From an uncultured delta proteobacterium (GTDB lineage: Bacteria; Myxococcota_A; Polyangia; Polyangiales; B10-G4): a stretch of 64,000 nt of DNA. Both the position numbers and the translations under genes were made by a program. Below, in pieces: positions 55,577 through 64,000 of the stretch (position 1 is its first letter; each line of letters opens with the position of its first letter). The stretch lies in the NCBI GenBank assembly GCA_963727445.1, contig CAVSGI010000027.1, forward strand, positions 128,001 to 192,000, read 5' to 3'. The notes under the pieces were generated by a model. The model was not told the DNA's origin and did not search any database. It saw only the letters and a list, made by a program, of their open reading frames with translations.

Positions 55577-56296
55577 CTACCTCCGAGGCGTGCCGTCCTG
55601 GTCCAGCGCGAAGCCTTCGGGGAGCATCTTGCGAACGGCCTCTCGCCGGTCCGCCGGGATCTTGTACTCCGCGTCGGCGAAGCCCTCGAAGATGCGCACC
55701 CGCACCCGGACGCTCTCCTCGTCCTCTACGAGGTCGAGCAGGGCCTCGTAGGCAGGGCTGGGGTCTTGCTGGGCGAAGACGGCGCCGACGGAGTGGAAGC
55801 GCACCGTCTCGTTGGCGTCGTCGAAGAAGCGGCTGACCGCTTCGACGATGCGGGGGTCCTGCCGGTCCTCGAGGTAGGCGACCACCTGGATCTTCTTGTC
55901 CGGGTCGCGCTCGTAGTCGGTCGTCATGCCCTCGAGCAGGCCCAACAGCTCGTTCACCACCTCTTCGGGGCTGAGGAGCTGCTCCAACATCTTGAGGGGC
56001 CAGCTGACCTTGTCCGTCTTCGCGAGGTGTGCACGGACCGGGGCCACGGCCACCTCGCCAGCCGACACGATCCCGCCGAACGCCGCGTCCTTCTCTTCCT
56101 GATCGACGATGCTCGGATCGACCCGGATCTCGAAACGCTCGAGGAGCGCCTCGACGGCCTCCGGGGTGCCCATCTTGGCGAGGACCTGAATCGACTCCCA
56201 ACGATCGGGGTTTTGCGCACGCTTGTTCGCGACGCGCGCAGCGTGCTTCTTGATCGCTCCCGGACCCTTCCGGGAGAACATGTCGAAGAGTCCCAT
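55577..56296 (-). CDS. Cytoplasmic HEAT-repeat protein
   Basis: Helical repeats such as DANETVRFHSVGAV and EESVRVRVRIFEG; GC3-rich codons. Confidence 0.75.
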   Translation of the reverse strand: MGLFDMFSRKGPGAIKKHAARVANKRAQNPDRWESIQVLAKMGTPEAVEALLERFEIRVDPSIVDQEEKDAAFGGIVSAGEVAVAPVRAHLAKTDKVSWPLKMLEQLLSPEEVVNELLGLLEGMTTDYERDPDKKIQVVAYLEDRQDPRIVEAVSRFFDDANETVRFHSVGAVFAQQDPSPAYEALLDLVEDEESVRVRVRIFEGFADAEYKIPADRREAVRKMLPEGFALDQDGTPRR

Positions 56297-56320
56297 TCTC
56301 TTACTGCACGAGCACGGACA

Positions 56321-57802
56321 TCAGCGGATGAGCACCGGCTTGAGCGAAACCTGCGAGCCGGCCGCTTCGACCTTGAAGCGCACCATGCGCACCCCGTGCT
56401 TCTTCGCGAGAGCTCCCGCCTGCCCCTGCAGGCGCTTGACGAAGACGTCCTGCCGGATGTTCGCCACGTTCTCTCCCGCGGCGGTCTTGGCCTGGACGTA
56501 CTCGTTGTAGATGCGCGTCAGGTAGGCATCCTCGGGCTCCGCCTCGAGGCTCGCCGCGAGCGCCGGGTCGTCGATCACGTCCCCAGCGGCGCCGCCGCCA
56601 CCGCCCGAGCTGGCGTTGGTGTCGAAGGCCGAGCCCTGCCAGTCCGGATTGGCCGCGGGCGGCGGACGCGAGGGCGACACGCGCCCCTCTTCGTCTTCCT
56701 CGGCCACGCCCGTGAAGACGTTGATCAGCTGGTTTATTCGATAGGCGAGACCGCCGAACTCGGCGCTCTCGATGTCGAGCCTGAAATCGGTGCGGCCGTT
56801 GATGACCGACAGGACGCCCTCCTCGATCTGCTCGAGCGGCCGCAGGAACGAGGAGCCGATGATGAAGCCGTAGACCAGCACGACCAGCAGGCCGAAGATC
56901 GACATGTAGAGGACGATGTTCACGGACGAAGCGAGGCTCGTGCCTTCCGACTTGTTGCCCATGACGACGTAGGCCACGTGATAGCCGCGAACGCCCGGGA
57001 GCGGCATGGTCACGCCCACCCAGTTGTCACCGGCGATCTGCGCGTTCCAGCGCTGGCCGCCGCCAGTTCCCGCGAGCGCGGCGGTGGTGGCTGCGGACTG
57101 CGAGTCCGAGAAGAGGTAGGTGCCGAGCCCCTGGCTCTCGTTGTTGTCCAGCGACGAGCTGTAGACGCGCCCCTCCGTGATGAACGCGACGTCGCGTCCG
57201 AGAAGCTCCGACGCGCGATCGGCCATGGCGTTCGACAGGTCGTAGCCCACCAGGAGCCCACCGATCACCGCACCGGCGTCGTTGCGAACGGCCGCGATGG
57301 CCGTCTCGAAGACCTTGTCCTCGTCCTCCTTGAACCAGACGTCGAGCGCCGGCTCACCCGAAGAGAGCACCCCCCGGAGCGCGGGGATCTGCTGAGCGAG
57401 GCGGGTGTTGTGCAGTCGGTTCGGGTCCTGGTCGCGCGCCAGGACCGTACCCGTCTCGTCGGTGATGACGACGAGGTCGGGATTGAGGCCGCGGCGCGAT
57501 GGGTCGCGCAGCCACTGCGAGATGCCGTTCGCCGCCTGGTGCGCGCGGGTGCGCCGGCTGTCGGTGTCCAGCCCGCCGAACGCCTGTTTGACGTCCTGCG
57601 TCTGGGCGCGATCGGCGACCATCTCGAGGAACTTGATCCCCTCGAGCTGGAACGACCGTCCCAGCAACTTGGAATCGTTCACGATCTGCGACTCGACCTG
57701 AGCCGCGAGACCGGTCTCTACCTCGCCCTTGGCGATGTAGAACGACAGGAGCCCGATGACGAGTACGACCAGGAAATTGCCGGCGATGATCTTGAGCCGC
57801 AT
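56321..57802 (-). CDS. Membrane protein with Cache-like periplasmic domain, HAMP and MXAN_5187-type C-terminal domain
   Basis: TM-sensor-TM-HAMP (RPLEQIEEG..EFGGLAYRIN), linker, then IYNEYVQAKTAAGE..KKHGVRMVRFKV..VSLKPV. Confidence 0.7.
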   Translation of the reverse strand: MRLKIIAGNFLVVLVIGLLSFYIAKGEVETGLAAQVESQIVNDSKLLGRSFQLEGIKFLEMVADRAQTQDVKQAFGGLDTDSRRTRAHQAANGISQWLRDPSRRGLNPDLVVITDETGTVLARDQDPNRLHNTRLAQQIPALRGVLSSGEPALDVWFKEDEDKVFETAIAAVRNDAGAVIGGLLVGYDLSNAMADRASELLGRDVAFITEGRVYSSSLDNNESQGLGTYLFSDSQSAATTAALAGTGGGQRWNAQIAGDNWVGVTMPLPGVRGYHVAYVVMGNKSEGTSLASSVNIVLYMSIFGLLVVLVYGFIIGSSFLRPLEQIEEGVLSVINGRTDFRLDIESAEFGGLAYRINQLINVFTGVAEEDEEGRVSPSRPPPAANPDWQGSAFDTNASSGGGGGAAGDVIDDPALAASLEAEPEDAYLTRIYNEYVQAKTAAGENVANIRQDVFVKRLQGQAGALAKKHGVRMVRFKVEAAGSQVSLKPVLIR

Positions 57803-57985
57803 TTGAGGGCCTCTCTCCTGTGTACGAACCGGGCCGTGGGTGGCTTTTCCCCCCTCGACGGCCTTGAAAACCGGGGCAGACTACCAACCTCGGGGCGCCG
57901 CCGGAATATCACCGGGGAAATGAGGTGGTCAAGCCCTCCTCCGCCCGGATTCCCCGACAAAGCCCTTCGGCAGACTCGGTTCCCC

Positions 57986-59014
57986 ATGGACGCGCAGACG
58001 CGAGCAAGCGGCATTTTGGTCGTGGACGAGGAGGCCTTCGACGCGCACGAGGCACCTGGACCACACCCCGAGTGTCCCGAACGGCTGGCAGCCGCTCGGG
58101 AGGGCCTGAGGCTCGCTTTGGGCGATCTGACGCCCTTGCGCCTCGAGGCGCCGCGGGTTCGCCGAGAGGATCTGGAGCGGGCCCACACCCCGCACTACCT
58201 CGACCAGCTGGACCAGGCGCTCCACGAGGCCCAGGCGGGCTATCTGGACCCTGACACGTTCTTCTCGGCAGGAACCCGAGAAGCGGCCCACCGGGCCTCC
58301 GGTGGCGGGGTGGCCGCCCTCACGGCCCTACGGGAGGGTCGCGCGGAGCACGCCTTCCTCCTGCTGCGGCCCCCCGGCCATCACGCGACCGCCAGTCGAC
58401 CCATGGGCTTCTGTCTCTTGAACCACATCGCCGTCGCGGCTGGGTCGGCCCTCGCCGCTGGCGCCGCGCGGATCGCCATCGTCGACTGGGACGTCCACCA
58501 CGGAAACGGCACGCAGGCGATCTTCGAGGAGGATCCCCGGGTGCTCTTCCTGTCCCTGCATCAGGCGGGCATCTATCCCGGAAGCGGCCGTCCGACGGAG
58601 ATCGGCCGCGGGGCGGGCCGAGGCACGACCGTGAACGTCGCCCTCCCCTCCGGCACGGACGGCGCCGGCTTCGCCCATGCCTTCCGAGAGGTGGTCTTGC
58701 CGCGGCTGCGCGAATACGCGCCCGAGATCATCCTCGTCTCGGCCGGCTTCGACGCCCACGCGCGCGATCCCCTCGCCGGCCTCGAGCTCGACGCCTACAC
58801 CTACGGCGCGATGGCGACCGCGCTCCTCGACCTGGGCCGACCCACCGCCATGTTTCTCGAGGGCGGCTACGATCTCAACGCGCTCGCCGACAGCGTCGAG
58901 GCGGTGGGTCGCGCGCTGTCCGGAGAGCGCAGTGACCTGCCCGAGGAGCGGCCCCGCGCCGCCGAGGCGAGCGCGGTCGAACGAACTCTCCAGGCCCAGA
59001 AGGCCGCCCAATAG
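57986..59014 (+). CDS. Zn-dependent histone deacetylase family protein (AcuC/AphA-like)
   Basis: HPECPERL, RPPGHHA, GFCLLN, DWDVHHGNGT, VSAGFDAH and EGGY. Confidence 0.93.
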   Translation: MDAQTRASGILVVDEEAFDAHEAPGPHPECPERLAAAREGLRLALGDLTPLRLEAPRVRREDLERAHTPHYLDQLDQALHEAQAGYLDPDTFFSAGTREAAHRASGGGVAALTALREGRAEHAFLLLRPPGHHATASRPMGFCLLNHIAVAAGSALAAGAARIAIVDWDVHHGNGTQAIFEEDPRVLFLSLHQAGIYPGSGRPTEIGRGAGRGTTVNVALPSGTDGAGFAHAFREVVLPRLREYAPEIILVSAGFDAHARDPLAGLELDAYTYGAMATALLDLGRPTAMFLEGGYDLNALADSVEAVGRALSGERSDLPEERPRAAEASAVERTLQAQKAAQ

Positions 59015-59015
59015 C

Positions 59016-59956
59016 TCAGAAGTCGAGCAGGGCGACGTCGCCGCCGGAGACGCGCTCGGTCGCCACCGAGCGGCCCTCGATGAAGTAGAGCACCACCGCC
59101 ACGACCACCAGCCCGATGGCGGTGCCCAGCATCACATCCGAGATGAGGGCGGAGTGGCGCGCGGGGGCATAGGCGCTGGAGGCCGTCGATCCGGCCACCT
59201 CGTTCCTCTTGTTCTCCGCATCGACCGCAAACCCGATGGCCACGCCGCCCGCCGCGAGGGCGAGGCCACCTGCGATCCAGGTGAAGAGGCGCGAGCCGTG
59301 CACGGAGCGGTATTCCGTGGCGTCCACCAGGTCCGCGTAAGCCGTGGTGTCCACCCCCGGCTGTACGTTCACCCGGGAGCGAAAGGGGATGTAACCGTCC
59401 TTTTCCACCACCACCTGATGCTCGCCTGGCTGGGTGGTGATCGGAACCGCGAGCGGAGACTCGCCCACCTCGCGTCCATCGACGATCACCTTGGCGCCCT
59501 CGACGTTGGCGCGGATGCGAAGGGTGCCGGTGGTGGGCGCACGCTGTCCCTGCTGCCGCGCGGTCTCTGCACGTTCTTCGAGGTCGGTGATGTGCTGCTC
59601 GACCTGGCTGCGATCGGGGGATCCACCCGGTCGCGCAGATAGCGCTGGTAGTACTCGATGGCGGGCTCGAACTCGCGAAGCTCCTCCCAGGCCCGCGCGA
59701 TGTTGAACCAGATGTCGGCGCTCGGGACCAGTGACGCGGCGAGCTCGAACTCGTGAATGGCGTCGCGGTAGCGGTGTGCCTCGAAGTGTTCCATGCCGGC
59801 CTGGAAGCGCTCGCGAGCCCGCTGGGCCGCCTGAGGGTCCTCCGGGCTGGCCCCCTCGTCGTGGGCATCGCCCTCGCCATCCCCATCCTCTTGCGCCCAG
59901 GCGAGCGCGGGCGTGAGGAGGAGCAGCACAGAGACCGCTATCGACCAGAGCCGCAC
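59016..59956 (-). CDS. TPR + PEGA domain protein with C-terminal hydrophobic segments (frameshift near 59618)
   Basis: Signal peptide and TPR (WFNIARAWE), continuing in another frame as NVEGAKVIVDG..PGEHQVVVEKDGY. Confidence 0.75.
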
Positions 59957-60020
59957 GTCGTGACGGTATCACAGGGCCCATTGTCGCCTGAACGAAAGTG
60001 CGCCCGAGCGACCGGCCAAA

Positions 60021-61421
60021 GTGAAGCTCCCCACACCGCCATCCGCTCATCCACGCTATCCTCCCCCCGCCGCGGAATGCCCCCGCGGATCGCTCGCCTT
60101 GATCCGTCCCATCCCCATCACCTGCGACCGCGCCGAGCTGGTGGTCGAGTGCGCTGCTGCGGCGGTGCCCCTGAGCCTCTCCGTCGAGCCCGAGCTCGCC
60201 GAGCGACCCCTCGAGGAAGAGGGTCTGGGCGGGCCGGATGCGAATCTGCGTGGGGTGGCGGTGGTCGACCCACCCCCGGCCGAAGCCCTGGCCGCTTTGC
60301 GCGCCTGCCCCGGGCGCTCGGTGCTCTGTGTGCTCTCTGGAGACGAGGCCACCATCGACCTCGCGCACGACCTGGGGATCGTGGCGGTCAGCCACCCCAA
60401 GGCCCTCTTGGGCATCCTGTCGCTGCTGTCGGGTGGGCGGGACAAAGCATTCGCCGCCACGCTTCGCAATCTCGCCGACGCCGATCGCATCCGCTTGGCC
60501 CAGGCGGTCCATCCCGAACGCGGTGGGGGGCTGCTCGCGCGTGCCGGCGGGGGCCTCATCGTCCACCGCGACGAGGAGGGCACAGAGGTGCCGATCGGCG
60601 AGCCCCGCGACGCGGCCGAAGCGCTCTGGGCGATGGCGCGCGCCTTCGGCGGTGGCGTCCGTCCGCAATCGATCCTCGAAGGTGTGGAAGCGCGCGCGGT
60701 TCACGACGTGATCTTCGGCCCGCCCCGGGCGCTGTCGGATCCGGCGAGCAAAGCCGCGCTCCTGCCCTACGGGGTACCCCTGCCGCTCGAGGAGCTCTGC
60801 GCCAGCCCATCGCGCGCGGCAGCGGAAGCCGCGCGCATCGGCTTTCCAGTGCGGATCGTGCTCGCCTCGCCGGACTTGCGGGTCTGGGACCACCCCGATC
60901 TCGCGGTCGATGGCGTCGACAACGCCGCGCGGGTGCGCGATGTCTTTCGGCAGCTCGAGACCCTGGCGCGCGCCCACGCGCCCGAGGCGCGCGTGCTGGG
61001 CGTGACGGTCACGGCGACCAGCGTCGCCCGCGCGTTGCTGCGCGTGGTCGCCACACCGCTTCCGCAGGGGCTCGTCCGCATGGAGCTGGGCTTCGCCGAT
61101 CCCCACGGCGAGGCGGCCAGGGATCGCACGGTGACGGCGCTACCGGCGCCGATCGGACGCATCGAAGCCGTCCTCGCGCGACTGCGCGGAAGCGACCTGA
61201 TCCTGGCGGGCTCACCCGTCGAACGCCGGGCGACGGTCGAAGCCATCGCCGACGTCCTCTTGCGGGTCGCCGCCTTCGTCGACGATCAACGCGAGGAGGT
61301 CACCTCGGTCGAGATCGATCCCCTCGCGGTCCTGCTGGGCGGGGTCGCGGAGGTGCGCGAGGCGTGCGTCACCGTCGGCGACGCGTTCGTTCGCTCACTC
61401 GAGGCCGGAGCTACGGGGTGA
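60021..61421 (+). CDS. Acetate-CoA ligase (ADP-forming)-like ATP-grasp protein, truncated/divergent
   Basis: LSDPASKAALLPYGVP..AEAARIGFPV..ASPD and EVTSVEIDPL match the beta-subunit ATP-grasp; the N-terminal part is degenerate. Confidence 0.65.
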   Translation: MKLPTPPSAHPRYPPPAAECPRGSLALIRPIPITCDRAELVVECAAAAVPLSLSVEPELAERPLEEEGLGGPDANLRGVAVVDPPPAEALAALRACPGRSVLCVLSGDEATIDLAHDLGIVAVSHPKALLGILSLLSGGRDKAFAATLRNLADADRIRLAQAVHPERGGGLLARAGGGLIVHRDEEGTEVPIGEPRDAAEALWAMARAFGGGVRPQSILEGVEARAVHDVIFGPPRALSDPASKAALLPYGVPLPLEELCASPSRAAAEAARIGFPVRIVLASPDLRVWDHPDLAVDGVDNAARVRDVFRQLETLARAHAPEARVLGVTVTATSVARALLRVVATPLPQGLVRMELGFADPHGEAARDRTVTALPAPIGRIEAVLARLRGSDLILAGSPVERRATVEAIADVLLRVAAFVDDQREEVTSVEIDPLAVLLGGVAEVREACVTVGDAFVRSLEAGATG

Positions 61422-61429
61422 GGTACGGC

Positions 61430-61582
61430 TCAGACGCCCCGCTGCTGACTCGTCTCCTCCGAGTCGATATCCGTGGAGAAGGGGCCCACCCCGGCATACG
61501 CCATGATGGCGACGATCAGGCCGAGAATGCCTACGACGATGGCACCCTTCACGATGGGGCTGGAATCAGACCAGAACGACAT
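61430..61582 (-). CDS. Small (50 aa) single-pass membrane protein
   Basis: MSFWSDSSPIVKGAIVVGILGLIVAIMAYAG..; AAGGAGG RBS upstream. Confidence 0.6.
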   Translation of the reverse strand: MSFWSDSSPIVKGAIVVGILGLIVAIMAYAGVGPFSTDIDSEETSQQRGV

Positions 61583-61753
61583 TGCGCTATGCCTCCTTGG
61601 GCGATTTCGAACGAGACTACGCAGCCAGTACACGGCAGGTCAAGAACATTTATTCTTCCCTGGGCGGATGTTTACAGAAACAACACACCGTCTTCTGACC
61701 GCTTCAGTGCGGCTACCATGACTCCTTACCTGGTGTAAACGGCAACGACGAAA

Positions 61754-63400
61754 ATGCTCCACGCGCTCTCGGATGCCCTCGGCCGGGCCGGTGTCTTCAC
61801 CAAGGCCCTCTGGAAGAAGGGAATGGTGTGGGGCGTCCCCCCCTCCGCCCTTCCGATCGTGGCCAGGCAGCGGCTCAGGGGCGCCCTGGGCCCCGCCAGT
61901 CTGATCCGGATCTCGGCCGCCACTCAGCCCGACCGAGAAGCCATCGTTTCCGAGGAGCGAAGGCTCACCTACCACGATCTCGATCGCCGGGTGGATCGCC
62001 TCGCGGCGGGCCTGTCCCACCATCACGGCCTCAGGCGCGGCGACGCCGCGGTGCTGATGATGCACAACCGCGGTGAGCTGCTCGAAGCGCAGGCCGCGAT
62101 GTCGCGGATCGGGGGCGGCGCGGTCTCGGTGTCGTGGCGCAGCACCGAAGACGAGCTCGATTACCTGATCAACCACTGCGGCGCGCGTGCGGTGATCGTC
62201 GAGAGCAGCGTCGCGGACCGGCTGCTGGCGATCCGCGAGCGGCTACCCCGTGTACCGAAGGAGAACTTCATCGGCGTCGGGCCGAAGCGCGCAGGCCTGG
62301 TCGACTACGAGCACGTGCTCTCGGGTGGCGCGCTACGGGTCGACGAAGCCGCGGAGCCGGGCACCGTGGTCATCTACACCAGCGGGACGACCGGCAAGCC
62401 CAAGGGCGCCGTGCGTCGTTTCCCACGCGAGATGCAGGATGCGGTCTTGCGCCTGCTCCTCGAAACGCCCATCCACCACGACGACCGCCATCTCGTCGTC
62501 TGCCCGATGTACCACTCGACCGCGTTCGGGTTCATCGGCTTCACCATGGCGGTGGGGGGCACCATCGTCATCGCTCCGCGCTTCGAGCCCGAGCTCTTCC
62601 TCGCGCAGATCGAAAAGGAGCGCATCACCACCACCGCGGTGGTCCCGACCATGCTTCACCGGATCCTCGAGCTGCCCCCCGAGGTCACGGGACGGTACGA
62701 CATCAGCAGTCTCCACGCGGTGTTCAGCGGAGGCGCCCCGCTCTCCGGCACCCTCGCGCGGCGCTTCATGGAGCGCTTCGGCGAGGTCCTCTACAACTTC
62801 TACGGAGCGACGGAGACCGGGGTGAACACCCTCGCCACCCCGGGCGAGCTCCTGGCCTCGCCAGGAACCATCGGCCATGCGGTGGACGGCAACGAGATCG
62901 TGCTGCTCGACGACGCGGGCAACGAAGTGAAGCCCGGCGAGACCGGAGAGCTCTGGGTCAGAAACGCGATGCTCGTGGCCGGGTACCACCAGGACGACGC
63001 CGCCACCCGTTCGAGCATGCGAGAGGGGTTCTTCAGCGTCGGCGATCTGGCCCACGTGGACGCGCGCGGGCTCTTCCACATCGACGGCCGCAAGCGGGAC
63101 ATGATCATCAGCGGCGGCGTCAACGTCTACCCCGCCGAAGTCGAAGAGGTGCTGAGCCGCCACCCGGCGGTTGCGGAAGCGGCGGTGATCGGCGTCCCGG
63201 ACGAGGAGTGGGGAGAGCGGGTTCGCGCCTTCGTGCGCCAGAGAGATGGCGACGAGGCGAGCGCCGAAGATCTGATCGCCTTCGCCCGTGAACACCTCGC
63301 CGGGCCCAAGTGCCCCCGGGACGTTATGTTCGTCACCGAGCTACCCAAGAACCCGACGGGCAAGGTTCTCAAGCGCGAGCTGCGGCGCTACGAGGTCTGA
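61754..63400 (+). CDS. AMP-forming long-chain acyl-CoA synthetase
   Basis: YTSGTTGKPKG, FYGATETG, GDLA, DGRKRDMIISGGVNVYPAEVE and PKNPTGKVLK. Confidence 0.93.
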   Translation: MLHALSDALGRAGVFTKALWKKGMVWGVPPSALPIVARQRLRGALGPASLIRISAATQPDREAIVSEERRLTYHDLDRRVDRLAAGLSHHHGLRRGDAAVLMMHNRGELLEAQAAMSRIGGGAVSVSWRSTEDELDYLINHCGARAVIVESSVADRLLAIRERLPRVPKENFIGVGPKRAGLVDYEHVLSGGALRVDEAAEPGTVVIYTSGTTGKPKGAVRRFPREMQDAVLRLLLETPIHHDDRHLVVCPMYHSTAFGFIGFTMAVGGTIVIAPRFEPELFLAQIEKERITTTAVVPTMLHRILELPPEVTGRYDISSLHAVFSGGAPLSGTLARRFMERFGEVLYNFYGATETGVNTLATPGELLASPGTIGHAVDGNEIVLLDDAGNEVKPGETGELWVRNAMLVAGYHQDDAATRSSMREGFFSVGDLAHVDARGLFHIDGRKRDMIISGGVNVYPAEVEEVLSRHPAVAEAAVIGVPDEEWGERVRAFVRQRDGDEASAEDLIAFAREHLAGPKCPRDVMFVTELPKNPTGKVLKRELRRYEV

Positions 63401-63402
63401 TC

Positions 63403-64000
63403 ATGCGCGACGCGGTCGTGACCGTCGGAAGGCGGACCACCGACATCGTGAAGTACCTCGGCGAGGCGGTCGCCCTCCTGTCCCGCACGCTCGCGCTGGC
63501 GCTCTCCATGCGCAGCCACGGTCTGCGCGTGATCCGGCGCATCCTCACGATGCAGCTCTTCTTCACCGGCACACAGGCCGTCCTCCCGGTCACCATCGCC
63601 TCCATCGCGGTCGGCACCCTCGTGGTCTCACAGGCAACGGAGTATCTGCCCGGCGACTACGTGGTGGGCGTCACCGCCGTGGTCCTGGTGCGAGAGGTCC
63701 TGCCGCTCCTGACCGCCTTCCTCGTCATCGGACGGTCGGGCACGGCGATCACCATCGAGGTCGGCTCCATGAAGCTCGGCGACGAGCTGGCGGCGCTCGA
63801 GATGATGGGCATCCCCTTCGAGCACTTCGTGCTGCTCCCGCGCCTATTGGGCATGGTCATCTCCTTTCAGCTGCTGATCGCCTACGCCTACATCGCGAGC
63901 CTGGCCGGCGGCTACTACGTGTGGTTCGCCATCAGCGAGTCCGCGGCTTCCTTTCCACTGCTCGAGCTGCTGGAGGGGGTCGATTTTCGGGACCTCGCCC
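63403..64000 (+). CDS. mlaE: MlaE-family ABC transporter permease (3' end off the window)
   Basis: Not in the ORF track; hand-translated. QLFFTG, VREVLPLLTAFLVIGRSGTAITIEVGSMK..ELAALEMMGI..LLPR. Confidence 0.85.
   Translation, partial: MRDAVVTVGRRTTDIVKYLGEAVALLSRTLALALSMRSHGLRVIRRILTMQLFFTGTQAVLPVTIASIAVGTLVVSQATEYLPGDYVVGVTAVVLVREVLPLLTAFLVIGRSGTAITIEVGSMKLGDELAALEMMGIPFEHFVLLPRLLGMVISFQLLIAYAYIASLAGGYYVWFAISESAASFPLLELLEGVDFRDLA

Noticed and set aside
55766..59014. 1082-aa ORF suggesting a giant deacetylase fusion
   Set aside because: The first 740 codons are antisense to two real minus-strand genes; the deacetylase starts at ATG 57986.

Overview
High-GC bacterial DNA whose gene content points to a myxobacterium (Myxococcota, probably Polyangiales; this is inference). 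The dominant feature is a large adventurous-gliding-type trans-envelope locus. It has a minus-strand run gltC-gltD-gltE-gltF-gltG (46618 to 37404), followed by an inserted beta-helix lipoprotein, a small TPR protein and a ~11.4 kb AgmK/GltI-like TPR gene. A Cys-rich CglC/GltK-like lipoprotein is transcribed divergently from gltC, and a GltA/GltB-like beta-barrel pair lies ~7 kb further on, after ftsY. Housekeeping genes (recG, greA, carB, tsaE, ftsY, yraN) and an orphan MglA-like GTPase are present. Other genes include a Ser/Thr kinase module, an M1 peptidase, an SPFH/slipin gene with a highly structured leader, a deacetylase / ATP-grasp / acyl-CoA synthetase neighbourhood and a partial mlaE. 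carB, greA, gltC, gltD, gltG and the giant TPR gene contain many single-base indels that are most likely consensus (long-read) errors. No rRNA, canonical tRNA, CRISPR array or transposase was seen. The best candidates for undescribed elements are the anticodon-arm-like structured RNA upstream of the slipin gene, the reorganised glt locus, and MITE/REP-like intergenic elements.
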